Below, piece by piece: positions 19,977 through 32,076 of a DNA stretch of 64,000 nucleotides. The notes under the pieces were generated by a model that was not told the origin of the DNA, did no database searches, and saw only the letters and a list, made by a program, of their open reading frames with translations. The DNA is from Escherichia phage vB_EcoM-RPN226, in the sequence record OL770073.2; one strand, written 5' to 3'. The number at the start of each line of letters is the position of its first letter. The stretch's first letter is position 1. The position numbers and the translations under genes were made by a program.

Positions 19977-21092
19977 TTAAACTTCTCTAAATTCTTGCCC
20001 AAACACTTTACCAGTTTTAGACGATGCTTGCGTAGGAAGTACCATTATATCTGGAGGTGAAGCAGATTCACAGACATAATTAACTCGAATACCATTGACG
20101 CCAAATTCAGCAGGTTTTGAAATTCCGCCATTTCTTGATACTTCAGAAAAGCTTAAATTTCTCATGCCGCCTTGACCAGCTTGAGCAGTTCTTTGTGCAT
20201 ATATCGTAAATCCTACTGCATTTTCTGGAATAACTACATAATCTTCCTTTAATTCCCACGACCCAGCCTGTCCAGTAAACTCAGCATGTGTTGAAGAAAT
20301 ATATCCATTCGATTCATCATAAAAACGGATAGATATATTTGTAGTTCCAAGCGCAAGTAAATCGGCATCAGCATATAACTGCGCTTTAAGATAAAGAACA
20401 TCACCAGGAATTAAATTATAATCAGAGAGTTTACTTATCGCGGATGAAGTTGGTAAACGTGCAATTTCGTTATTAGTTCCACCAACTGCTGACATAAATT
20501 GTTCAACGCTTTCATATGTTCTTTTAGGAAATCCTGTAGCTCCAACGTCTTCTAAACTGTCAAATACAACATCTAAAATAGTTTGATAATCGTCTGTACT
20601 TTTTCTATTACTTAGTTTAACATGTTCTAATGCAATAGCTCTTTTAGAAGAAGTATAAAAGGCAGCATATGATACGTCAAATCTTGACAATATAGAATCA
20701 GATGGAAAAGCAGACGTTCCCGCGGATCTTAGCCAAGATACTACCTCAGGAGGAAAATTAACCTTTCCACTGGTTAATATAGCAACAAGTCTGTTGTTTG
20801 AAAAAGAATTCATGAAACTGACAAAAGCAGCTGATGTAGTATCGTTTGAAGTCGAAAAAGCATATGACTTACTATCAACTAATGCTCCTGTAGAAGGGTC
20901 AAAAACTCTTAGATGAAGTCCTGCGCTAAATGTTTGGCTTCCGATAGGATTATCCTGAAATTTAACATATGGTCCTGCTGTAGAAAGCGGGCAAGAACCC
21001 GCTATACTTATTTTATATCTTACTGAATTACTTTCCGATAAAAATGGCGTTTGGACATATCCTTGTCCAAACTCTGCCATAAATTTTTCCAT
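19977..21092 (-). CDS. 35: long tail fiber hinge protein gp35
   Basis: 371 aa; synteny. Confidence 0.8.
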   Translation of the reverse strand: MEKFMAEFGQGYVQTPFLSESNSVRYKISIAGSCPLSTAGPYVKFQDNPIGSQTFSAGLHLRVFDPSTGALVDSKSYAFSTSNDTTSAAFVSFMNSFSNNRLVAILTSGKVNFPPEVVSWLRSAGTSAFPSDSILSRFDVSYAAFYTSSKRAIALEHVKLSNRKSTDDYQTILDVVFDSLEDVGATGFPKRTYESVEQFMSAVGGTNNEIARLPTSSAISKLSDYNLIPGDVLYLKAQLYADADLLALGTTNISIRFYDESNGYISSTHAEFTGQAGSWELKEDYVVIPENAVGFTIYAQRTAQAGQGGMRNLSFSEVSRNGGISKPAEFGVNGIRVNYVCESASPPDIMVLPTQASSKTGKVFGQEFREV

Positions 21093-21100
21093 AATACCTC

Positions 21101-24100
21101 TTATTCAACCCATTCAAATTTAACTGTTTTATTCACTGGGTCAGGAATAATGCGAACATTACCAATTCGTAAGAAATCACGAATAGTAAGATTCCCCATT
21201 ATAGCATTATCAGATGGTAAAGCACCGATATCAGATGGCTGAGGAGGGTTACCTCCATCAAATACCTGAACAAAACTTGACCAAGAGTTTTTGGTTTTCT
21301 GCCATGTACGCGTCCAGCGAGTGGTGCGCGCTTCTGGGGTCGTTGGATAAGTAATCCAATCTTGGTAAAGCGAATCGAGTGTGTTACCAAACTGAGTCAA
21401 TGTACCAGGAGATTTAACCTCTTCGCCACGTTCTAAGTATGGAAGTCCAGTCACTTCATTAGTTTTTTCAACCATCTTAAAATAACCCGGGAACTGGTTA
21501 TAAGTAGCTGAATCATTAATATCGATTGACCAGAATCCTACAGTATCAGATGTTGGCGCACGGGTATATAAATCAGAGGTTTTAGTACCCTGAGAACGAA
21601 TTCTCGAGTTAACAGTTAAACCACCTGAAGTTATAGTAGCACCTTTGGCAATGATTAGGCTTTCACCAATTGTAACCTGACCAGATTGATTATTAATTGA
21701 TAATGGACGTAATCCATTAAACCCACCAGTCTGATCGCCAGATGCAGTAAGCATAAAATAGGTGTTAGCACCATCATTACGAATAAAGAATCCATAATCA
21801 CCATTTATTGCTCTAAAAGCATTCGACGATTTACTGATAAATTCGCCATTAGCAGTAACTGAACTACCGAATGTTGCAACGCCATTCGCATTCAATGTTC
21901 CTGAAGCATTAACATTTATCGGAGTTACTGTACCGTTGATATTAAATGTTATATTACCAGCTTTATTGCGTTGAGAATAAAAGTGACTAGACGTTTCATC
22001 ACTAACTTCAAATACAGTAGAACGCGTTGTGTCTGATTCACCACTAAATTGATTTCCCCACACTTTGACTGTCATCGTTTGAGCAGGGTTCGTTCCAGTT
22101 TGAGGTCCTTTCTCAAAAATCAGACGAGTTGCTGTTCCAGTATTAGAAATAGTTAGTGTACTATTTGCTGAAACTGATCCACCAAACGTAGCAGTACTAG
22201 ATGATACAAGAGGGGCACTCAGATTCGTTTGTTGGGTTAAGGTTAGTGAACCATTAACTGTCTGTGCAATATCCCTACGAATGAACTGAGATGAATCTAG
22301 ACCATCCAGTAAATTACTATCTACGGCTTTTGCTTTTAACGGCAAATAATTTGCTAATACACGGTTTAATTCATATGGCGATACTGCATAGCTATTTTTC
22401 TCATATAATTCTAATGACTGTGTTGAACCAACTGTATCATTACCAACGAATGTAATTGAACCAGATGAAGTTTTAACAAAACCTCTTACCAAAGTAGTAG
22501 CTGCCCAAGTAGATTCACTCTGCACAATCCATTTTAAATTTTTTGGAGATACAGCAGTATTTGCTGACGTTCCAGCTACAGTTTCAGCCTGAGTTGCAAC
22601 TTTAATAACGCCTTCTTGCGATTCGGTAGATTTAGTACCTAAAAGCTTTTTAGGAGTTATTAGAACATTATCCAATGTTCCTGCAGCAGCTTCAACTTGT
22701 GTAGCTACACGAAGTGTACCACGTTGTGTCTCATTTGCTTCAAGAATATTAAGGGTATAATGGTCCCAGAGAGTTCCTGATTCAACTAATCCAGATAGAG
22801 CAACAACAGAAGTACGATCAGTACTATTAAATCTAGTTTTAATTTTTAATGGTGTAGAGATACGAGTATCGTCGACGCCTGCGTCGAATTCAACTTGTGT
22901 AGCAATTTCAGCTATACCACTTAAACTTTCAGTTGCTATACGGTCATTTAAAGTTTTCGGAGTGACTGCACGAGTATAATCAGTTCCTGTATTAACTTCG
23001 CTTTGCGTAGCAATTTCAATTAAACCAATTCTTGCATCAGTCGATGTCTTTTTATGTAACGTTTCTGGTGTTACAACCGCATTTGCCCATCCTTCTTGGC
23101 TTTGTCCAGCAATTACTTCACTTTCAACTGCTAAAATTACTGCACCTTGCTGTGTTGGAGTAGCTTTATACTGATCCAAAGCTTTAGGCGAAACAACTAA
23201 ATTATTAGTGTTTTTATTGTAAACATTTGTACCATTTAATTCACGACTAGAAGCTGGAGTAGCTCCTGCGGTAGATACAAAGGTTACAATACCAGATAAT
23301 GATTCAGAACCTTGTCGAGCTTGAAGCTTTTTAGGAGTGATGATTGTAGTATCATCAGTACCTGCATTAGTTTCTTGCTGTGTAGCAATTTCAGCAACAC
23401 CTCTACGAGTTTCTGTGGCAGTTCTTTCATTCAGCTTTTTAGGAGTGACGATAATATCATCAGCAAAAGAGAATGTAGTATCCTGGTTCACTTGGGCAGT
23501 GGTTGCTATTCTTGCGATACCTCTACGAGTTTCTGTAGCAGTACGGTTAGCTAATGTTTCTGGTGTAATTGCTAATTCTTTCTGTGGAGAATTTTCTAAA
23601 TCAGCATTTGCTTGAGCTTGTGTAGCTAAAGCAATTACGCCTAATCTTGCTCTAGTAGAATCATTTAAAGAATCAACTCTTTCAACTGTTGGAACGTTTT
23701 GTTGTACAACCCAGTATTTTCCGTCAGAATCTTCTATGTAAGCAAGCTGTAAAACTGGAACATAATTAGTTTCGCCGTTAAAAACTAATTCTTGAACAGT
23801 CACCCATTTAGTTTCAGGCGGATACTCTGAACGTTTTGGGAATTGCAACAATTGAATTGAAGAAGCAATTTTATCTTCACCAGCAGCTTTGATTTTAACT
23901 GTTTGGCCTTTTCTCATGTAATTCATGGAAATTTTAACAGTATCACCAATAGAAATATCAGTTGGAAGCTGAAGTTCAATTGTTTGGGTTGTTCCGTTAT
24001 TCGCTCCAAATACCATAACTTCTTCATTTGGAAGAATATTTGAATTAGTTGTTATAATACGTAAACGTGCTTTACTATCCCCGTCAAACAATCTCCACAA

Positions 24101-24970
24101 TTTTTCATTATCATCATACATCAAGAAACCATCAATCGATGTACGACCTTCAATGGAATGAGTTCCATCTTCTTGTATTGAAGTAGTTTCGTCGTATGTA
24201 GTAACAATTGTATGATAAAGCGGATTTAGTTTGTCTAAATCGACGAAATTAATAATATCGCCATGATTAGCAAATCTCGGAAGTTTAATATTAATCGGCG
24301 CAGCGGAAGTAAATCTACGCACGATAAAATCGTTAGATTGCGCCTGATAGAGACTTGCCGGTGTTACAATTGCAGCTTCTCTGCTATAATCAGCAACGTA
24401 CATTTGCCACAGACGATTACTAAAAATTAAAACTATCTGTGATTTTGGATGAGTCATTAGTACTGATCGTACTTGCTGACCTCTAAAATTTACAATGCTT
24501 TGCACTGGAGCTGTAATTAAAACTTGGTTAACTCCGGGTTTTCCTCCAATGTCTTGGAGAACGATAGTATCTCCATCAATTGGGGAAGATGGTAAAGTAA
24601 ATGTAATGTCATTACCGGCTGCAGTATCAACTGAAATTGATTCGCCTGACTTTAATTGATAAGGTCCTGATGAAACAGTTGTCCAATTAGCATCAGTACG
24701 TAATGCTCTCCAGCGTACGCTATTAAAAGCTCCTGCTGGTTTTGGAATATCATTTATAGCAGCCCAAAAGCGGTTATCATAAATGATTACAAAATCTTTT
24801 AAATATCCACGAGTTGGATCGTATTGTTGAACTGTGTTTTCTTGAATTAAGTAATCAACGTTAACACCGTCAGTTCCTACGGTACGATCAGCTAAAGCTA
24901 CGTTGATTATTTTATCGCCACCTGCGTCCAGACCATCTTCTGCTCTGAACTTTCTTTTAATCTCGGCCAT
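21101..24970 (-). CDS. 34: long tail fiber proximal subunit gp34
   Basis: 1289 aa (T4 gp34 size from memory); late promoter TATAAATA on the minus strand at 25005-25012. Confidence 0.9.
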   Translation of the reverse strand: MAEIKRKFRAEDGLDAGGDKIINVALADRTVGTDGVNVDYLIQENTVQQYDPTRGYLKDFVIIYDNRFWAAINDIPKPAGAFNSVRWRALRTDANWTTVSSGPYQLKSGESISVDTAAGNDITFTLPSSPIDGDTIVLQDIGGKPGVNQVLITAPVQSIVNFRGQQVRSVLMTHPKSQIVLIFSNRLWQMYVADYSREAAIVTPASLYQAQSNDFIVRRFTSAAPINIKLPRFANHGDIINFVDLDKLNPLYHTIVTTYDETTSIQEDGTHSIEGRTSIDGFLMYDDNEKLWRLFDGDSKARLRIITTNSNILPNEEVMVFGANNGTTQTIELQLPTDISIGDTVKISMNYMRKGQTVKIKAAGEDKIASSIQLLQFPKRSEYPPETKWVTVQELVFNGETNYVPVLQLAYIEDSDGKYWVVQQNVPTVERVDSLNDSTRARLGVIALATQAQANADLENSPQKELAITPETLANRTATETRRGIARIATTAQVNQDTTFSFADDIIVTPKKLNERTATETRRGVAEIATQQETNAGTDDTTIITPKKLQARQGSESLSGIVTFVSTAGATPASSRELNGTNVYNKNTNNLVVSPKALDQYKATPTQQGAVILAVESEVIAGQSQEGWANAVVTPETLHKKTSTDARIGLIEIATQSEVNTGTDYTRAVTPKTLNDRIATESLSGIAEIATQVEFDAGVDDTRISTPLKIKTRFNSTDRTSVVALSGLVESGTLWDHYTLNILEANETQRGTLRVATQVEAAAGTLDNVLITPKKLLGTKSTESQEGVIKVATQAETVAGTSANTAVSPKNLKWIVQSESTWAATTLVRGFVKTSSGSITFVGNDTVGSTQSLELYEKNSYAVSPYELNRVLANYLPLKAKAVDSNLLDGLDSSQFIRRDIAQTVNGSLTLTQQTNLSAPLVSSSTATFGGSVSANSTLTISNTGTATRLIFEKGPQTGTNPAQTMTVKVWGNQFSGESDTTRSTVFEVSDETSSHFYSQRNKAGNITFNINGTVTPINVNASGTLNANGVATFGSSVTANGEFISKSSNAFRAINGDYGFFIRNDGANTYFMLTASGDQTGGFNGLRPLSINNQSGQVTIGESLIIAKGATITSGGLTVNSRIRSQGTKTSDLYTRAPTSDTVGFWSIDINDSATYNQFPGYFKMVEKTNEVTGLPYLERGEEVKSPGTLTQFGNTLDSLYQDWITYPTTPEARTTRWTRTWQKTKNSWSSFVQVFDGGNPPQPSDIGALPSDNAIMGNLTIRDFLRIGNVRIIPDPVNKTVKFEWVE

Positions 24971-25074
24971 TCTCCCGGGCTCCTATTGTGTTTTCAATAA
25001 TAAGTATTTATACTTGTTTACTTTAAGATTTAGATAGTATATAATAGAAATCTCACTAATTGAACGAGGTTCAT

Positions 25075-25992
25075 ATGGATTTAGAAATGATGCTGGATGA
25101 AGATTACAAAGAAGGAATTTGCTTAATTGACTTTAGTCAGATTGCGCTTTCAACTGCTCTGGTAAACTTCCCAGATAAAGAAAAAATTAATTTATCAATG
25201 GTTCGTCATTTGATATTGAACTCAATTAAGTTCAATGTTAAAAAAGCAAAAACTCTTGGATACACTAAAATTGTATTGTGTATTGATAACGCGAAATCTG
25301 GATACTGGCGTCGTGATTTCGCTTATTATTATAAGAAAAACCGCGGAAAAGCACGAGAAGAATCTACTTGGGACTGGGAAGGTTATTTTGAATCCAGTCA
25401 TAAAGTTATAGATGAATTGAAAGCTTATATGCCATACATCGTTATGGATATTGATAAGTATGAAGCAGATGATCATATCGCTGTTCTTGTTAAAAAGTTC
25501 TCTTTAGAAGGACACAAGATTTTAATCATTTCGTCGGATGGTGACTTTACTCAACTTCACAAATACCCAAATGTTAAGCAATGGTCACCGATGCACAAGA
25601 AATGGGTTAAAATTAAAAGCGGTTCTGCTGAAATTGACTGTATGACTAAAATCCTTAAAGGCGACAAAAAGGATAACGTCGCTTCAGTTAAAGTACGATC
25701 TGACTTTTGGTTTACCAGAGTTGAAGGTGAACGAACTCCTTCAATGAAAACATCTATTGTTGAAGCTATTGCTAATGACCGTGAGCAAGCTAAGGTGCTT
25801 CTCACTGAATCTGAATATAATCGATATAAAGAAAATTTAGTTCTAATTGATTTTGATTATATTCCTGATAATATTGCTTCAAACATTGTGAATTACTATA
25901 ATTCATATAAATTACCACCGCGTGGCAAAATTTATTCATATTTTGTAAAAGCGGGTCTTTCTAAATTAACTAATAGCATTAATGAATTTTGA
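25075..25992 (+). CDS. rnh: RNase H (5'-3' exonuclease / flap endonuclease)
   Basis: 305 aa from ATG 25075; MDLEMMLDEDYKEGICLIDFSQIALSTALVNFPDKEK... Confidence 0.9.
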   Translation: MDLEMMLDEDYKEGICLIDFSQIALSTALVNFPDKEKINLSMVRHLILNSIKFNVKKAKTLGYTKIVLCIDNAKSGYWRRDFAYYYKKNRGKAREESTWDWEGYFESSHKVIDELKAYMPYIVMDIDKYEADDHIAVLVKKFSLEGHKILIISSDGDFTQLHKYPNVKQWSPMHKKWVKIKSGSAEIDCMTKILKGDKKDNVASVKVRSDFWFTRVEGERTPSMKTSIVEAIANDREQAKVLLTESEYNRYKENLVLIDFDYIPDNIASNIVNYYNSYKLPPRGKIYSYFVKAGLSKLTNSINEF

Positions 25993-26000
25993 GGTGAATA

Positions 26001-26270
26001 ATGGCTAAAAAAGAAATGGTTGAATTTGATGAAGCTATCCATGGCGAAGACTTAGCTAAATTTATCAAAGAAGCATCTGATCATAAACTGAAAATTTCTG
26101 GTTATAATGAATTGATTAAAGATATTCGAATTCGCGCCAAAGATGAACTTGGCGTTGATGGTAAGATGTTTAATCGTCTTTTAGCTTTGTATCATAAAGA
26201 TAACCGTGATGTGTTTGAAGCTGAAACCGAAGAGGTAGTTGAACTTTATGACACAGTTTTCTCTAAATGA
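26001..26270 (+). CDS. dsbA: dsDNA-binding protein
   Basis: 89 aa; synteny between rnh and 33. Confidence 0.8.
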   Translation: MAKKEMVEFDEAIHGEDLAKFIKEASDHKLKISGYNELIKDIRIRAKDELGVDGKMFNRLLALYHKDNRDVFEAETEEVVELYDTVFSK

Positions 26271-26586
26271 TATTCGTCCGGTCGATGAGACCGGTCTTTC
26301 AGAAAAAGAACTTTCAATTAAGAAAGAAAAGGATGAAATAGCAAAGCTTCTTGACCGCCAAGAAAATGGATTTATTATTGAAAAAATGGTAGAAGAATTT
26401 GGAATGAGTTATCTTGAAGCTACAACCGCATTCTTGGAAGAAAATTCTATTCCTGAAACTCAATTTGCTAAATTTATTCCTTCGGGTATAATTGAAAAAA
26501 TTCAGTCAGAAGCTATTGACGAAAATCTTTTACGTCCTTCTGTTGTTCGTTGTGAAAAAACTAATACATTAGATTTTCTACTATGA
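26248..26586 (+). CDS. 33: late transcription co-activator gp33
   Basis: 112 aa from MTQFSLNDIRPVDETGLSEKELSIKKEKDEIAKLL... Confidence 0.85.
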   Translation: MTQFSLNDIRPVDETGLSEKELSIKKEKDEIAKLLDRQENGFIIEKMVEEFGMSYLEATTAFLEENSIPETQFAKFIPSGIIEKIQSEAIDENLLRPSVVRCEKTNTLDFLL

Positions 26587-27236
26587 TTAAACTCCGCATG
26601 CCTGCTGGTGGTGAAAGATATATTGATGGTAAATCAGTTTATAAATTATACTTAATGATAAAACAACATATGAATGGAAAGTATGATGTAATTAAGTATA
26701 ATTGGTGCATGCGGGTGTCTGATGCCGCTTATCAAAAGCGAAGGGATAAGTATTTTTTCCAGAAGTTATCAGAAAAATATAAATTAAAGGAACTTGCTTT
26801 AATCTTTATAAGCAATCTTGTTGCTAACCAAGATGCTTGGATTGGTGACATCTCTGACGCTGATGCACTTGTGTTTTATCGTGAATATATCGGACGCTTA
26901 AAGCAAATTAAATTTAAGTTTGAAGAAGATATTCGCAACATTTATTATTTTAGTAAAAAAGTTGAAGTTTCTGCTTTTAAAGAAATCTTTGAGTATAATC
27001 CAAAAGTTCAATCAAGTTATATTTTTAAACTACTTCAATCGAATATAATTTCGTTTGAGACGTTTATCTTGCTTGATTCGTTTTTAAATATAATCGATAA
27101 ACATGATGAACAGACTGATAATTTAGTCTGGAATAATTATTCTATAAAGTTAAAGGCTTATAGAAAAATTTTAAATATTGATTCGCAGAAAGCTAAAAGT
27201 GTTTTCATTGAAACTGTGAAATCCTGCAAGTATTAA
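26583..27236 (+). CDS. 59: helicase loader gp59
   Basis: 217 aa; ATGA coupling to gene 33. Confidence 0.85.
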   Translation: MIKLRMPAGGERYIDGKSVYKLYLMIKQHMNGKYDVIKYNWCMRVSDAAYQKRRDKYFFQKLSEKYKLKELALIFISNLVANQDAWIGDISDADALVFYREYIGRLKQIKFKFEEDIRNIYYFSKKVEVSAFKEIFEYNPKVQSSYIFKLLQSNIISFETFILLDSFLNIIDKHDEQTDNLVWNNYSIKLKAYRKILNIDSQKAKSVFIETVKSCKY

Positions 27237-27335
27237 TTGCTTATTATAAATAGATTATAATTATCTCACTGACCAGCTATGAGGTCATACATCGTCATAG
27301 CACCAACTGTTAATTAAATTAAAAAGGAAATAAAA
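27236..27335 (+). promoter_or_regulatory. gene 32 control region: MotA-box middle promoter, late promoter and translational operator pseudoknot
   Basis: TTGCTTA MotA box then TATAAT; TATAAATA at 27245-27252; pseudoknot at 27271-27301 (GACC/GGTC and GCTATGA/TCATAGC); AU-rich tract before the RBS. Confidence 0.7.
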
Positions 27336-28244
27336 ATGTTTAAACGTAAATCTACTGCTGAACTCGCTGCACAAATGGCTAAACTGGCTGGAAATAAAGG
27401 TGGTTTTTCTTCTGAAGATAAAGGCGAGTGGAAACTGAAACTCGATAATGCGGGTAACGGTCAAGCAGTAATTCGTTTTCTTCCGTCTAAAAATGATGAA
27501 CAAGCACCATTCGCAATTCTTGTAAATCATGGTTTCAAGAAAAATGGCAAATGGTATATTGAAACGTGTTCATCTACCCACGGTGATTACGATTCTTGCC
27601 CAGTATGTCAGTACATCAGTAAAAATGATTTGTACAACACTGACAATAAAGAGTATGGTCTTGTTAAACGTAAAACTTCTTACTGGGCTAACATTCTTGT
27701 TGTAAAAGACCCAGCTGCTCCAGAAAATGAAGGTAAAGTATTTAAATATCGTTTCGGTAAGAAAATCTGGGATAAAATCAACGCAATGATTGCAGTTGAT
27801 GTTGAAATGGGTGAAACCCCAGTTGATGTAACTTGTCCGTGGGAAGGTGCTAACTTTGTACTGAAAGTTAAACAAGTTTCTGGTTTTAGTAACTACGACG
27901 AATCTAAATTCCTGAATCAATCTGCGATTCCAAACATTGATGATGAATCTTTCCAGAAAGAACTGTTCGAACAAATGGTTGACCTTTCTGAAATGACTTC
28001 TAAAGATAAATTCAAATCGTTTGAAGAACTGAGCACTAAGTTCAGTCAAGTTATGGGAACTGCTGCTATGGGTGGTGCCGCTGCAACTGCCGCTAAGAAA
28101 GCTGATAAAGTTGCTGATGATTTGGATGCATTCAATGTTGATGACTTCAAAACAAAAACTGAAGATGATTTTATGAGCTCAAGCTCTGGCAGTCCATCTA
28201 GTGCTGATGACACGGACCTGGATGACCTTTTGAATGACCTTTAA
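27336..28244 (+). CDS. 32: single-stranded DNA-binding protein gp32
   Basis: 302 aa; [59 protein letters not shown]...; acidic C-terminus. Confidence 0.95.
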   Translation: MFKRKSTAELAAQMAKLAGNKGGFSSEDKGEWKLKLDNAGNGQAVIRFLPSKNDEQAPFAILVNHGFKKNGKWYIETCSSTHGDYDSCPVCQYISKNDLYNTDNKEYGLVKRKTSYWANILVVKDPAAPENEGKVFKYRFGKKIWDKINAMIAVDVEMGETPVDVTCPWEGANFVLKVKQVSGFSNYDESKFLNQSAIPNIDDESFQKELFEQMVDLSEMTSKDKFKSFEELSTKFSQVMGTAAMGGAAATAAKKADKVADDLDAFNVDDFKTKTEDDFMSSSSGSPSSADDTDLDDLLNDL

Positions 28245-28266
28245 TAGATTATATTACTAATTAATT

Positions 28267-28292
28267 GGGGACCCTAGAGGTCCCCTTTTTTA
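28267..28292 (+). terminator. intrinsic terminator
   Basis: GGGGACCCTAGAGGTCCCC hairpin plus T6 tract. Confidence 0.75.
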
Positions 28293-28317
28293 TTTCAAAA
28301 TTTTTTTCACAAAACTG

Positions 28318-28346
28318 TTTACATCTCTGTTCTTCCATGGTACTAT
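28318..28346 (+). promoter_or_regulatory. T4-type early promoter
   Basis: TTTACA, 17-bp spacer, TACTAT, conserved ACAACTATC leader. Confidence 0.65.
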
Positions 28347-28389
28347 ACAACTATCGGCAATACTGCTGATGATTAAAGAGGAAAATAAC

Positions 28390-28620
28390 ATGGCTAAAAT
28401 TGATATTGATGTTGTTGATTTTGAATATATTGAAGAAATTATTCGTAATCGTTATCCTGAACTCCGTATCACAAGTATTCATGATGATCCAAATTATTGC
28501 AATTTTTCTATTGTTATTGAAGGTCCTTTAGAAGTTCTTGAACGATTTATGGCTAATGAATACTGTGATGGTATGGATTCTGAAGACGCAGAATTTTACA
28601 TGGGACTGATTGAACAATAA
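28390..28620 (+). CDS. hypothetical protein
   Basis: ORF from ATG 28390 with GAGG RBS. Confidence 0.5.
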   Translation: MAKIDIDVVDFEYIEEIIRNRYPELRITSIHDDPNYCNFSIVIEGPLEVLERFMANEYCDGMDSEDAEFYMGLIEQ

Positions 28621-28654
28621 CTATCAAGCCCCTATTAAAATGAGGAAAATCAAA

Positions 28655-29041
28655 ATGGAAATCGGCAAAAAATACGAGTTAAATCCACATCGTATTAAAT
28701 CTTTCATTGATATTAGCTCATCAAATGCTAATATGGTCGGCATCATTCAAGAAAATGGTGGTTGGTTTGAAGTTAAATCAATATCAAATTTAGATGGCTT
28801 TGATTATGTAACCGAAATCATTTGTGCTAATGGCGAAATCTATAATGATGATGGTATGGGTGATGATTATTTTGAACTTAGTGAAGAAGAGTTTTATTGT
28901 TTCCGCGAATATAAAGAACCGACTTCTGAAGAAGATGAAATCGAAGACAAGGTTTCTGGCGTAACAAAAATTCACTGCATTGTTGACGAAAACAATGTAG
29001 ATGAAATTATTGAACTTTTGCGAAAAACTTTCAAAAAGTAG
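28655..29041 (+). CDS. hypothetical acidic protein
   Basis: ORF from ATG 28655 with GAGGAAA RBS. Confidence 0.5.
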   Translation: MEIGKKYELNPHRIKSFIDISSSNANMVGIIQENGGWFEVKSISNLDGFDYVTEIICANGEIYNDDGMGDDYFELSEEEFYCFREYKEPTSEEDEIEDKVSGVTKIHCIVDENNVDEIIELLRKTFKK

Positions 29042-29070
29042 TTTACAGAAGGGTAGTAGTGTGATACTAT
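29042..29070 (+). promoter_or_regulatory. T4-type early promoter
   Basis: TTTACA, 17-bp spacer, TACTAT. Confidence 0.55.
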
Positions 29071-29095
29071 TACCCTATCAATTAAGGAGAATAAA

Positions 29096-30479
<1,384 letters not shown>

Positions 30480-31495
30480 TAATTTAGGCCTAGGTATAAG
30501 GTGACTTATACTTGTAATCTATCTAAACGGGGGACCTCTCTAGTAGACAATCCCGTGCTAAATTGTAGGACTACCCTTTAATAAATACTTCTATATAAAA
30601 AGAGGTGTTTATGAAAAGCGGAATTTATCAGATTAAAAACACTTTAAACGGTAAAGTGTATGTTGGAAGTGCTAAAGATTTTGAGAAAAGATGGAAGAGA
30701 CATTTTAAAGACCTTGAAAACGGTGTTCACTCTTCTATAAAATTTCAAAGGTCTTTTAATAAACATGGTAATGTTTTTGAATGCTCTGTACTGGAAGAAA
30801 TTCCATATGAGAAAGATTTGATTATTGAACGAGAAAATTTTTGGATTAAAGAGCTAAATTCTAAAATTAATGGATATAATATTGCTGATGCGTCTTTTGG
30901 CGATGTGCTTTCAAATCATCCATTAAAAGAAGAAATTGCTAAGAAACGAGCTGAAACTGTTAAAGCTAAGATGCTTAAGCTTGGTCCTGATGGTCGGAAA
31001 GCTCTTTATGGTAAACACGGAAGTAAAAATGGCCGATGGAATCCAGAAAACCACAAGTTTTGTAAATGCGGTGTTCGCATACCATCTTCGGCTGATACTT
31101 GTGGAAAGTGCCGAAAACGTTCAGGTGAAAATAACCCGTTCTTTAATCACAAACATTCAGAAAAAACTAAAACTAAACTATCTGAAAAGATGAAAGGCAA
31201 AAAGCCAGCTAACATCAAAAAGATTTCATGCGATGGGATTATTTTTGAATGTGCAGCCGATGCGGCTAGACATTTTGAAATTTCATCAGGATTAGTTACT
31301 TACCGTGTAAAATCTGATAAGTGGAATTGGTTCTACATAAATGCCTAACGACTATCCCTTTGGGGAGTAGGGTCAAGTGACTCGAAACGATAGACATCTT
31401 GCTTCATCAAGATGGAGATATAGTCTGATCTGTATGGTGACATGCAGCTGGATATAATTCCGGGATAAGATTAACGACCTTATCTGAACATAATG
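30480..31495 (+). mobile_element. group I self-splicing intron in td (1016 nt) carrying I-TevI
   Basis: begins TAATTTAGGCCTAGGTATAAGGTGACTTATAC...; 3' end ...GAACATAATG; exon frames join to give a 286-aa TS. Confidence 0.9.
30611..31348 (+). CDS. intron-encoded GIY-YIG homing endonuclease I-TevI
   Basis: 245 aa; [38 protein letters not shown]... with zinc-finger linker and C-terminal DNA-binding domain. Confidence 0.9.
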   Translation: MKSGIYQIKNTLNGKVYVGSAKDFEKRWKRHFKDLENGVHSSIKFQRSFNKHGNVFECSVLEEIPYEKDLIIERENFWIKELNSKINGYNIADASFGDVLSNHPLKEEIAKKRAETVKAKMLKLGPDGRKALYGKHGSKNGRWNPENHKFCKCGVRIPSSADTCGKCRKRSGENNPFFNHKHSEKTKTKLSEKMKGKKPANIKKISCDGIIFECAADAARHFEISSGLVTYRVKSDKWNWFYINA

Positions 31496-31807
31496 CTTCC
31501 ATTCAACATTGCATCATATGCTGCGTTGGCTCATATTGTAGCTAAGATGTGTAATCTTATTCCAGGAGATTTGATATTTTCTGGCGGTAATACTCATATC
31601 TATATGAATCACGTAGAACAATGTAAAGAAATTTTGCGTCGTGAACCTAAAGAGCTTTGTGAACTGGTAATAGGCGGATTGCCTTATAAATTCCGCTATC
31701 TTTCTACTAAAGAACAATTGGAATACATTCTTAAACTCAGGCCTAAAGATTTCGTTCTTAAAGGTTACGAATCACACCCTCCTATTAAAGGAAAAATGGC
31801 GGTGTAA
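31496..31807 (+). CDS. td: thymidylate synthase, exon 2
   Basis: LPFNIASYAALAHIVAKMCNLIPGDLIFSGGNTHIYMNHVEQ... in frame with exon 1 after intron removal. Confidence 0.9.
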   Translation, partial: LPFNIASYAALAHIVAKMCNLIPGDLIFSGGNTHIYMNHVEQCKEILRREPKELCELVIGGLPYKFRYLSTKEQLEYILKLRPKDFVLKGYESHPPIKGKMAV

Positions 31808-31830
31808 TTAATTATTAATTGTGAGGATAT

Positions 31831-32076
31831 ATGATTTTACGATTTAAGGATACTTCTGGTGTCGTTCTTTTTACACTTCCTAACCCAAGTGAGTTAGAAG
31901 TTCCAGGACCAAATCAGCCTATTATCATTTATGGCAAAAAATATTATACTCATAAAATGACCCGTGAGTATTTTGATAATAAAATTTCCACAGTTAAAAC
32001 TTCTTCTGATTGCTACTATGATATTACTGTTTTAACGGAACAACAATATGACGAATGTAGAACTTTAGCAGTATAA
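31831..32076 (+). CDS. hypothetical protein
   Basis: 81-aa ORF; 3' end overlaps the convergent GIY-YIG gene by 12 nt. Confidence 0.45.
   Translation: MILRFKDTSGVVLFTLPNPSELEVPGPNQPIIIYGKKYYTHKMTREYFDNKISTVKTSSDCYYDITVLTEQQYDECRTLAV

Noticed and set aside
30936-31193. ORF 30936-31193 (+) inside the td intron
   Set aside because: Out-of-frame reading inside the I-TevI coding sequence.
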